Below are positions 17,768 through 25,515 of a stretch of DNA of 26,979 nucleotides, piece by piece. The notes below the pieces were generated by a model. That model saw nothing but the letters and a program-made list of their open reading frames with translations, searched no databases and was not told where the DNA came from. How positions within the stretch are numbered: position 1 is the stretch's first letter; each line of letters starts with the position of its first letter. Source of the DNA: an uncultured Acidimicrobiales bacterium (lineage in GTDB: Bacteria; Actinomycetota; Acidimicrobiia; Acidimicrobiales; UBA10347). A program made the position numbers and the translations under genes. Where the stretch lies: positions 62,001 through 88,979 of the forward strand of contig CALSSD010000021.1 in NCBI GenBank assembly GCA_943788915.1, in the 5' to 3' direction.

Positions 17768-18606
17768 CAGTTCGCTGCGATCGTCGTGTACATGTCGGGG
17801 CGGCGGTCTCGATAGAAGGCCCACTGATTGCGGGTTTCCTCGATCGCTTCGAGGTCCAAGTCACGCACGATGAGCTCCTCGTTTTCGTTTGACGCCCGTT
17901 CGTCGACATATTGGCCACGAGGATTAACGAAGTACGACGTGCCGTAGAAGTCGTTGTCACCGAGTGGTTCGATGCCGACTCGGTTGATCGCGCCGATGTA
18001 GTACATGTTGGCGCACGCTGCAGCGGGTTGTTCGATGTCCCAGAGGTACGACGACAAACCCCGACTTGTGGCCGACGGGTTGAACACAATCTGGGCGCCG
18101 GCCAAGCCGAGTTCACGCCAGCCTTCGGGGAAGTGGCGGTCGTAACAGATGTACACGCCGACCTTGCCGACGGCGGTGTCGAAGACCGGGTAGCCCAGGT
18201 TGCCCGGGCGGAAGTAGAATTTCTCCCAGAAACCTTTCACCTGGGGGATGTGCGTCTTGCGGTACTTACCCAGGTAGCTCCCGTCGGCATCGATCACCGC
18301 CGCGGCGTTGTACAAGATGCCGGGCTGTTCCTCTTCGTACATGGGGAGCACCAGCACCATGCCGAGCTCCGCAGCCAGTGCCTGGAAACGTTTCACGGTT
18401 GGGCCATCAGGAATGGACTCGGCGTAGTCGTAGAACGCCGCGTCTTGCACCTGGCAGAAATACGGGCCGTAGAAGAGCTCCTGGAAACACATGACTTGTG
18501 TGCCTTGGGCTGCTGCTTCGCGCATGTACTGCTCGTGCAAGTCGATCATCGACTCCTTGTCACCCGTCCATGCAGTTTGCACGAGTGCGGCTTTGACCGT
18601 GGTCAT
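17767..18606 (-). CDS. Nitrilase-superfamily C-N hydrolase, probable beta-ureidopropionase
   Basis: Glu-Lys-Cys triad (CFQELF, YRKTHIP, ICYDRHFPE), FWEKFYF, NPSAT, INRVG, YRDRRP. It is clustered with hydA. Confidence 0.9.
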   Translation of the reverse strand: MTTVKAALVQTAWTGDKESMIDLHEQYMREAAAQGTQVMCFQELFYGPYFCQVQDAAFYDYAESIPDGPTVKRFQALAAELGMVLVLPMYEEEQPGILYNAAAVIDADGSYLGKYRKTHIPQVKGFWEKFYFRPGNLGYPVFDTAVGKVGVYICYDRHFPEGWRELGLAGAQIVFNPSATSRGLSSYLWDIEQPAAACANMYYIGAINRVGIEPLGDNDFYGTSYFVNPRGQYVDERASNENEELIVRDLDLEAIEETRNQWAFYRDRRPDMYTTIAAN

Positions 18607-18669
18607 TGTGTCCCCCGACTTTCGTCATCTGTAGCCTTCGCTCCGGACCATAGACACGGGTTCTGTGCC

Positions 18670-18720
18670 ATACAAGCGTCGTTTTGTTGTATACAAAACT
18701 ATTCATGGCGCGTTTACAAA
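18670..18720. promoter_or_regulatory. Candidate MocR/GntR operator in the divergent promoter
   Basis: Perfect palindrome TTGTATACAA (18687-18696) overlapping GTTTTGT-N5-ACAAAAC (18681-18699); TACAA direct repeats at 18671, 18692 and 18715. Confidence 0.65.
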
Positions 18721-18734
18721 GATCCGATACCGAG

Positions 18735-18802
18735 CAGTGACACCCAACCCAGTGACACCCAACCCAGTAGTGACACCCAACCCAGTGACACCCAACCCAG
18801 TG
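18735..18802 (+). repeat. 15-bp tandem repeat x4 (CAGTGACACCCAACC), third copy with a 3-nt insertion
   Basis: Read directly; in frame with the regulator, encoding VTPNP VTPNP V VTPNP VTPNP. Confidence 0.95.
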
Positions 18803-20143
18803 TTGGCGATGATCCGCGAACAGGTCGCCGACACCAGCGCCCAAGGGATTGCACGAACCATCAGCGGTTTGATCTCTGCCAACATGATCAAACCCGGCGA
18901 TCAGCTACCGACAGTCCGTTCGGTCGCTGGCACCCTGGGCGTGAGTTCGAGCACGATCTCGGCCGCATGGCGGTTAATGCAGAATCACGGCGTGATCTCG
19001 ACCGATCGTCGCAGGGGCACCACCGTACGAACATCGCGCGGTTCGATCGAGGGCCGCTATTGGCAAGTGCCAGTTCCCCAGGGCACACTCGACATTGACC
19101 TGAGTACGGGTACTCCTGACCCGGAGCTGCTGCCCGACATAGGCATCATCTTGCACCGCATTCACGCCAAGGTCGCCGTGGGCAGTTATCTCGATGCGCC
19201 CGTGCTTCCCGAACTCGAAGCCGAACTGCGACGGCGGTGGCCATTCAGCCCTGAACATCTCACCGTCGTCGATGGCGCGCAAGATGCTCTTGACCGGCTC
19301 ATCGGCGCACTGGTCCAGATCGGCGACGCGGTCGTGGTCGAACAACCGACCTTTCCCCCACTACTCGACATGCTCGAACTCGCAGGTGCCGAAGTTATCG
19401 GCGTGACACTCGATCACGAAGGCATGCAGGTCGATTCACTTCGGACCGCGGTGCAGGCAAATCCTCGAGCCGTCATCCTGCAACCCCGAGCCCATAACCC
19501 CAGCGGCATCACCATGTCCGCCGCCCGAGCCCAGGCCATCGCTGCGCTGTTGGGACCAGAAACCTGGGTCATCGAAGACGACCACTCTGGCGACGCTGCC
19601 GGTGTTGCTCTCGCATCTGTCTCCGCACTACGGCCAGGCCGCAGCCTGCTGATCCATTCCTACTCCAAATCCCACGGGCCGGACCTGCGTATAGCCGCCA
19701 TCGGCGGGGCGGCAGCTCCCATTCGCCAACTTGAACGACGACGTTCGCTCGGGCCATCGTGGACCAGTCGACTAACCCAGCAGATTCTGCTTGAGATGTT
19801 GACTGACCCCGAGATCGAAGCCCAGGTGGCACTCGCAGCATCAACGTATAAACAGCGGCGAACCCTCTTTGTCAACGCGCTCGGATCACATGGTGTGGTG
19901 ATCCCGGTCGGCGCCGGGCTGAATATGGCACTTCCGGTGCGCGACGAACAGAGCGCGGTGATCTATCTGGCCGCTCACGGCATCGGCGCAGCACCTGGTC
20001 GGCCGTTCCTTGTCGATGCGATCAACTATGACTTCATTCGGCTCAGCATCGGTTCCTACACCGGAGATCCCGTGACTCTGGCAGCCACCGTTGCCGCAGC
20101 CACACGCGCCGGCGGCGACAGCCGTATAGGTTCAGGCCAGTGA
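18737..20143 (+). CDS. MocR/GabR-family transcriptional regulator (GntR wHTH + PLP aminotransferase domain); start uncertain (18737-18809)
   Basis: PGDQLPTVRSVAGTLGVSSSTISAAW...RRRGT; DGAQDALD, EQPTFP, HNPSG, IEDDH, SYSKSHGPDLR. Divergent from the catabolic genes. Confidence 0.92.
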   Translation: MTPNPVTPNPVVTPNPVTPNPVLAMIREQVADTSAQGIARTISGLISANMIKPGDQLPTVRSVAGTLGVSSSTISAAWRLMQNHGVISTDRRRGTTVRTSRGSIEGRYWQVPVPQGTLDIDLSTGTPDPELLPDIGIILHRIHAKVAVGSYLDAPVLPELEAELRRRWPFSPEHLTVVDGAQDALDRLIGALVQIGDAVVVEQPTFPPLLDMLELAGAEVIGVTLDHEGMQVDSLRTAVQANPRAVILQPRAHNPSGITMSAARAQAIAALLGPETWVIEDDHSGDAAGVALASVSALRPGRSLLIHSYSKSHGPDLRIAAIGGAAAPIRQLERRRSLGPSWTSRLTQQILLEMLTDPEIEAQVALAASTYKQRRTLFVNALGSHGVVIPVGAGLNMALPVRDEQSAVIYLAAHGIGAAPGRPFLVDAINYDFIRLSIGSYTGDPVTLAATVAAATRAGGDSRIGSGQ

Positions 20144-20481
20144 GTGACCAAATGGTGCCGATCTTTCGGGTCAAAGATGCCGCCAAGGCGATTGCGTTCT
20201 ATCAGCGGGTCGGATTTGTCCTCGAGGGCACCCATCAATTCGCTGCCGACCTGCCTGTCTACGCGTTCCTGCTGCGAGGCAACGTGCAGCTTCACCTGTC
20301 CGAGCACACGGGCGATGCACCAAAAAGATCGCTGGCCTACTTTTGGGTTCAGGACATCGACGCAATCGCCGACGCCGTTGGCCAGACCGTCGAGCAAGCA
20401 CCATGGGCCCGCGAACTGGAAATCGTTGACCCCGACGGCAACCGGATCCGCTGCGGCCAACCAAACTCTGGCACCAGCTAG
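20140..20481 (+). CDS. VOC/glyoxalase (bleomycin-resistance-like) family protein
   Basis: VPIFRVKDAAKAIAFYQRVGF, LHLSEH.GD, PWARELEIVDPDGNRIR. GTGA overlap with the regulator stop. Confidence 0.88.
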   Translation: MSDQMVPIFRVKDAAKAIAFYQRVGFVLEGTHQFAADLPVYAFLLRGNVQLHLSEHTGDAPKRSLAYFWVQDIDAIADAVGQTVEQAPWARELEIVDPDGNRIRCGQPNSGTS

Positions 20482-20532
20482 CGCTCGACCACCTTGCGTC
20501 TCATTCCGCACGCACTCCGCACCAAAAACGGA

Positions 20533-20596
20533 CGCCCCCGTCACCTGGGGTCAGACCCCTCGTCACCTGGGGTCAGACCCCACGTGACCGGGGGCG
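20533..20596. repeat. REP-like palindrome with an internal 21-bp duplication; probable bidirectional terminator
   Basis: CGTCACCTGGGGTCAGACCCC at 20539-20559 and 20561-20581, enclosed by CGCCCCCG/CGGGGGCG, between convergent genes. Confidence 0.8.
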
Positions 20597-20599
20597 GGG

Positions 20600-21085
20600 T
20601 TAGGACTCGATGACCTTGGCGAGACCTTCGATGACTTCTGCATGTGGATGCGCAGCCAGGGTTGCTGGCGGAACGAGCAGCTTTCGGTCACGGCTACCGC
20701 CGCCGATGATGAGATTGTCGCGGGTCATGACCCGAGCGTCGATCCACAACGGCAACGGCGAGGTCGTTCCAAATGGGGTAACACCACCGATCTGCATGCC
20801 GGTCATTTCGATCGTCTGGTCAGCGGTGGCGAACGAGCACTTACGCACACCGAGCTTCTTACGCACGACCTTGTTCACGTCGAGCCGACTGTCGGCCAGC
20901 ACCAGGCACATCGCAAACACCGGTGGATCAGCTTTGCCGGCGACAACGATTGCGTTGGCCGAATCGTCCATCGAAAAACCATATGCCTCGCAGAACTGCG
21001 CAGTGTCGGCCAGATCCGGATCACACAGCACAAGCTCGTAGTCGACTCCAAGGTCCCGCAATTGGTCTAGCACAGCGTCGGTCAT
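20600..21085 (-). CDS. YbaK/EbsC family aminoacyl-tRNA deacylase-like protein
   Basis: DPDLADTAQFC, SANAIVV, CSFA, TGMQIGGVTPFG, LWIDARV, GGGSRDRK. TACGGT lies 8 nt before ATG 21085. Confidence 0.88.
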   Translation of the reverse strand: MTDAVLDQLRDLGVDYELVLCDPDLADTAQFCEAYGFSMDDSANAIVVAGKADPPVFAMCLVLADSRLDVNKVVRKKLGVRKCSFATADQTIEMTGMQIGGVTPFGTTSPLPLWIDARVMTRDNLIIGGGSRDRKLLVPPATLAAHPHAEVIEGLAKVIES

Positions 21086-21183
21086 GAGAAGTGACCGTAC
21101 CGGAGCGACACGCATGCCCACCAGCGCTGGCAGTGCTAGGCCGTCCCTGGCAGTCCCGGCGCTAACTTGGTGACATAGCCTTC

Positions 21184-21936
21184 ATGCGTGCATTGGTCAC
21201 GGGAGCGTCGAATGGGACCGGCCGGCACTGGCTACCCAACTAGCCAAAGAAGGCACCGCACTGGTGGTTGTCACTCGAGGCGAGCACCGTCTCCATGACC
21301 TCACGACATCGGTCGACGTTGATTGCCTGGTTCTGGTAGCCGACCTCTCCGATCCCACAGCAGTCGAACATGTTGCCCCGCGAGTTTTCGCTATGGACGA
21401 CCCGATCGATCTACCCGTCAACAACGCTGGCTTCGGCGTGACGGGGAACATCGGTGACCAACCAGTTTGGATCCCGGCAGGGAATGATCGACGTAAACGT
21501 GTCGGCCCTAGTTCACCTGTCACACACCGCAGCACTAGCGATGGCCGAGCGCGCCAATGGCCAAATTTTGGACGTGTCGTCGATAACCGGATGGCTGCTT
21601 GCACCCACGAGCGCCATTTATGCCGCTGCGAAAGCGTTCGTCACCTCGTTCAGCCAGTCACTCCACGAGGAGATGAGCGGCACAGGCGTTGGTGTCGCAT
21701 GTTTGCAACCCAGCCTGACACGTGCTGAATTTCAGGATCGTGCCGAGTTCGAAACATCGCAGCTTTCGGACGTCCTATGGCAGTCTGCCGACGCAGTCGC
21801 CACTGCCGGATTGCGGGCAGCAGCGCGTAATCCGGGCGATCGAGATTCCGGACGTCGTGAACAAGGGCAGGATTGGCGCGACCCAACTCATGCCCCGTCG
21901 GCGAGTGGTCGAGAAGGATGACACCTGCAGAATGAG
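21184..21936 (+). pseudogene. Short-chain dehydrogenase/reductase (SDR) pseudogene with at least three frameshifts
   Basis: MRALVTGASNGTGR (21184) / ALATQLAKEG..VADLSD..VNNAGFG / MIDVNV..DVSS..YAAAKAFV..SL.EE / RAIEIP..NK. Shifts near 21225, 21467 and 21832. The 3' end is approximate. Confidence 0.85.
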
Positions 21937-23274
21937 TCAGGCCCTGGGTCTGTGGCGCCTTGATGAAATTCGAACGCGTTTGCGTTTTCTCTCCCAATTC
22001 TTGCCGCGAAGGAACCGCTTGATGGTTCTGCCAAAGTGTTTGCGTCGGAGTCTTCGGAGGTGAGCTCGGGTGGCGGTTGACCGCTTGAAGTCTCCCCGGG
22101 ACATGGCATCGAGTTTTGCGAATACCTCGGCGCAGTCGTCTGCCGACATCTCGATCATAGTCTGACGGGCTTGCGTGCCGATGCGCTTGCATAGTCCGGG
22201 GTCCGCAGCGAGTTTTCTCATCCAGCCTACAGCCGAGTCTATGTCGGCATCTGCCCACTGGACGCCCGGAGTCTGAGCGACGGCTCGATAACCCGGGTGG
22301 TTAGATTCCATCGGGACCATTTTGAAGTCAACCAGGCAGGAGTTCTCCTCGGTGGTGAAGTCCATATTGCCTGACCACCCCGTGACGATGCAGGGCTTGG
22401 CCTGTGCCATCATCTCCATAATGATGAAGCCAAGGCCTTCGGAGCGGTGGAGCGAGACCAGAGCATCGCAGCTCGCATAGAGTTGACGGAGTTCATCTTG
22501 CGGCAGCATCTCCCCAATCAACTGGATGCGTGAATCCCCGGCGAATTTTTGCCGTAGTTTCTCGCCAACCCCATCGAATTGGGGATTGGCCACCTTAATG
22601 ACGAGATGAAACCCCTCATCGCTGGTGAAAGCCTTCTTGAAGGCAGTGATCACGGCCCATGGATTCTTGCGCGCCGCATCGCTCATGGCATCAAAGGCGC
22701 AGAGGAATACGAAAGCCCCCTCGGGCACGCCAAAGCGTGGACGGTTCGCTATCGCTGGTTCGCTGACGTCCACCTTCTGCGGGTAATGGATGACGTACTT
22801 GCCCGGGCAGTGCTGGGAAACGATGTCCTGGATGAAGCGGGTTGGAGCCAGCACGCAGTCCATCGCGATGAGTTGTGTCAGCCAATCTTCGGGCAAAACA
22901 GGGATCTCCCAGAAGGGCACAATCACATTGAGTTTGGAGACCAAGGGAATCCTGGGATGCTGCCGCAGCACGAGCCTCTCGAATTCCGGTGGATTGAGGT
23001 GAAATAGATTAATGCGGCCACGCCACTGATGCGGCGGGCTTTCTATGGCACCAGCGAACTCCTGGTTTTGCCCGCTGCGGCGATCCCCAGTGTCGATGTC
23101 GATGGTGGTCGTGGGGATACCCAAATGCCCCATGCGCCGCAGGCTGTGACGCCCTGCTTCGCCCAGCCCAAGGTCGCCGCTGATAAAGCCGATCACTTGA
23201 TAGTGGCAGCTGCACGGACCGTTCGGATCGCACTCGCTTTGATTTGATGGCTTGGGCCCTACCGGCGGTTTCAT
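21937..23274 (-). CDS. Glycosyltransferase family 4 (GT-B) protein
   Basis: GDLGLGEAGR, FWEIP, APTRFI, ARKNPWAVITAFKKAF, LVIK, CDALVSLHRSEGLGFIIMEMMAQAKP.IVTGWSGNMDF. Confidence 0.9.
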   Translation of the reverse strand: MKPPVGPKPSNQSECDPNGPCSCHYQVIGFISGDLGLGEAGRHSLRRMGHLGIPTTTIDIDTGDRRSGQNQEFAGAIESPPHQWRGRINLFHLNPPEFERLVLRQHPRIPLVSKLNVIVPFWEIPVLPEDWLTQLIAMDCVLAPTRFIQDIVSQHCPGKYVIHYPQKVDVSEPAIANRPRFGVPEGAFVFLCAFDAMSDAARKNPWAVITAFKKAFTSDEGFHLVIKVANPQFDGVGEKLRQKFAGDSRIQLIGEMLPQDELRQLYASCDALVSLHRSEGLGFIIMEMMAQAKPCIVTGWSGNMDFTTEENSCLVDFKMVPMESNHPGYRAVAQTPGVQWADADIDSAVGWMRKLAADPGLCKRIGTQARQTMIEMSADDCAEVFAKLDAMSRGDFKRSTATRAHLRRLRRKHFGRTIKRFLRGKNWERKRKRVRISSRRHRPRA

Positions 23275-24259
23275 CGACGGTTCGATCGCGTCTTGGGGGC
23301 GAGCTTGACAACACGGTCGTCGTTCTTGCCGGTCACCTTGATCAGATCGCGGGCTTCAGCAGACCGAACGAAACTGCCGAAGTTACGGAAGCCCAAGTTG
23401 GCTTCGGAGAAGCTGCTGTCGGCCTTCAGAAGTGCCTGCTTCAATCCGGTATAGGGAACGCTCTTGGCATCGCCCACCACCGTCGTGAGCAACGTGTCGG
23501 CAGCCTCGAGTGCGCCGCTGCCAGCGATCGACACGATCGGGTCGCCCGATCCATCGAGCGTGACCAAATCTCGGTCGACCAGCCCTCGCAACAAGCCGCC
23601 GAAGCCCCGGAACCCAAGATCTGCTTCATTGAATGTGGGTTCCTTGCGCAGGATTGCCCGCTTGAGTGCTGACCCCCGCACCGGACCCGACGTCGACTCT
23701 TCGAGGCCTGCCAGCGTGGTGATGACAAGCGATAGATCGCCTGGCGTTGAGTGTTTCCGCTCGGTTGATGGCGGCTGCGACGTGTCCACCAGATTGTCGT
23801 AGAACAAGAACTCGTCGCACGCCGGCGGCAACAGGTTCGACGTTGATCCCTTGACCCCGACACCGATCACGGTTCGGTCGAACTCGCGCAATTTGTGCAC
23901 GAGCGGACTCAAATCGCTGTCACCGGTGCAAATGACAAACGTCGAAATATATTTCCGTTCGAGGGCGAGCTCGACCGCATCGATCGCCATCTTGATGTCT
24001 GCGGCGTTTTTGACGACTGCCACCCATCTTTTGGGGGATGTCGGTGAGTTCGACCTGATGACGGGGTGAGCATGCGACGGTCTTTGTCGAAGTACGACCA
24101 GTCCGCGTAGGCCTTTCGCACAATGACGCGTCCCCGCTCGGCGAGAGCGTCGGCAACGTTGGCAAAATCGAAGGCCACACCCAGGTTCTCGCGAGCACCA
24201 ATAGCAAGGTTCTCGTAGTCGAGATAGACGGCGATCCTCGGCTCATGGTCTTGTTCCAT
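23271..24259 (-). CDS. NYN domain (LabA/DUF88) protein with two C-terminal OST-HTH/LOTUS domains; two +1 frameshifts near 24063-24066 and 24011-24021
   Basis: IAVYLDYEN..RKAYADW / RHQVELTDIPQKMG / KNAADIKMAIDA..TGDSDLSPLV.KLRE..CDEFLFY. Repeated LK.A.L....F.EA.LGFR.F motif. Confidence 0.88.
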
Positions 24260-24315
24260 ACCCGAGCCTTGCACGGATAGTTACCGACCCGGTTGCATTA
24301 GGGAATACTGCAGAG

Positions 24316-24997
24316 GTGACCGAGCAATCAGCCAGCCGCTTCGAGACCTTTGTTGATCCAATCGACGGGACCCGATGGGAGATCGACGTCGGCTTCATCG
24401 ACTCGAACTGGACGTGCATCTGGAACAACGGCTGCGAAGGGATCCTCGAGCGGGCGTCGTCGGACCTGAACCAGGGGTGTTGCTCGGTCGGCGCCCAGAT
24501 GATCGACGAGGACGAGGCGCTTCGAATCGCAGCCCTCGGCCTCACCATCGACGACGCGATCTTCCAGTACGCCGATGCCGCCTTCGAAGGGCGGTGTCTT
24601 CAGCGATGAGAACCGCACAAACACCCGCGTCATCGACGGCGCATGCATCTTCCACAACCGACCCGGATTCGCTGGCGGCGAGGGGTGCGCATTGCACCTG
24701 GCCGCGATGCAGGACGACGAGAACCCGATCGAATACAAACCATCGATCTGTTGGCAGGCACCGCTCAAGGTCGACCACCACGACGATGGCTCAAAGACGT
24801 TGCGACCGTGGAAACGCCCCGACTGGGACGGTGGCCTGGAATCCATGGCCTGGTGCTGCACAAATAAGGGCGGCGACGACGAAGCGCTGGCATCGGCCTT
24901 CGTGGGCGACGTCACCGTAGGCGAGTCGCTCCACGCCGAGCTACGAGGCCTCGTTGGACCGGAGATCGCTGTGCAGCTCCGGGAACGTCACCGCTGA
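24316..24997 (+). CDS. Conserved actinobacterial cysteine-rich protein (Rv2712c/DUF3109-like), +1 frameshift at 24589-24591
   Basis: WTCIWNNGCEGI..GCCSVGA / TRVIDGACIFHNRPGFAGGEGCALH..KPSICWQAP..WCCT. Removing one G from GGG joins ORFs 24316.. and ..24997. Family assignment is from memory of the motif. Confidence 0.78.
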
Positions 24998-25040
24998 GGA
25001 CCAACCTGATGCCCGCCGCCCACTACGTTCGAGTGTCGTG

Positions 25041-25508
25041 ATGCCGAATGACCGACTGCGCCGCAAGTTCGCAAGCCGTATTTCGCCCGACACCCGAATC
25101 GAAGCGGCGTTCGCTATCAAGGGTGTGAAAGGTCCTCGCACGGCGTCGGCCTCCAGTGTGCTCGCCCGGTACATCGAGCGATACGGGCTGACGAGCACAC
25201 TTGGATCACACCGACTGCTCGGCGCCCAATGGTTAGTAGTAACAGAACATCGGATGCTGCTTTTTGAAAAGCGCGGCAGCGGCGTGTCGACTCGAATCGG
25301 CCAACTCGAACACGAACTAGATCGCACCAGTGTTGAACTTCAGTGGGCAGACTTCACCGAAGCAACCCTGCACAAACGGCTCATCCATCTGACCACCTCC
25401 GATCACCGCATGAACATCTCTCAGACCGTCGTCAGCAACGACGAACCAGATCTGTTCGTGCAGGCGGTCGGCGACCGCGGCCGCGAAATCGGCCTACAGG
25501 AACTTTGA
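25041..25508 (+). CDS. Hypothetical protein
   Basis: The ORF fills the gap between co-directional genes and ends 7 nt before the phosphatase start. TACGTT lies upstream of GTG 25038/ATG 25041. Confidence 0.6.
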   Translation: MPNDRLRRKFASRISPDTRIEAAFAIKGVKGPRTASASSVLARYIERYGLTSTLGSHRLLGAQWLVVTEHRMLLFEKRGSGVSTRIGQLEHELDRTSVELQWADFTEATLHKRLIHLTTSDHRMNISQTVVSNDEPDLFVQAVGDRGREIGLQEL

Positions 25509-25515
25509 ACAACCC

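Noticed and set aside
18665..18736. ORF-track start of the MocR regulator at 18665
   Set aside because: The extension runs through the AT-rich operator/promoter palindrome and has no GntR-like sequence. A later start is more plausible.
18735..18802. Possible CRISPR array
   Set aside because: The units are 15 bp and directly adjacent with no unique spacers, and no cas genes are present. It is a VNTR.
17911..19098. 395-aa plus-strand ORF and other long antisense ORFs (e.g. 9150..10034, 13215..13961, 8373..9122)
   Set aside because: They are shadow ORFs opposite or overlapping well-supported genes, expected in high-GC DNA, and show no recognisable motifs.
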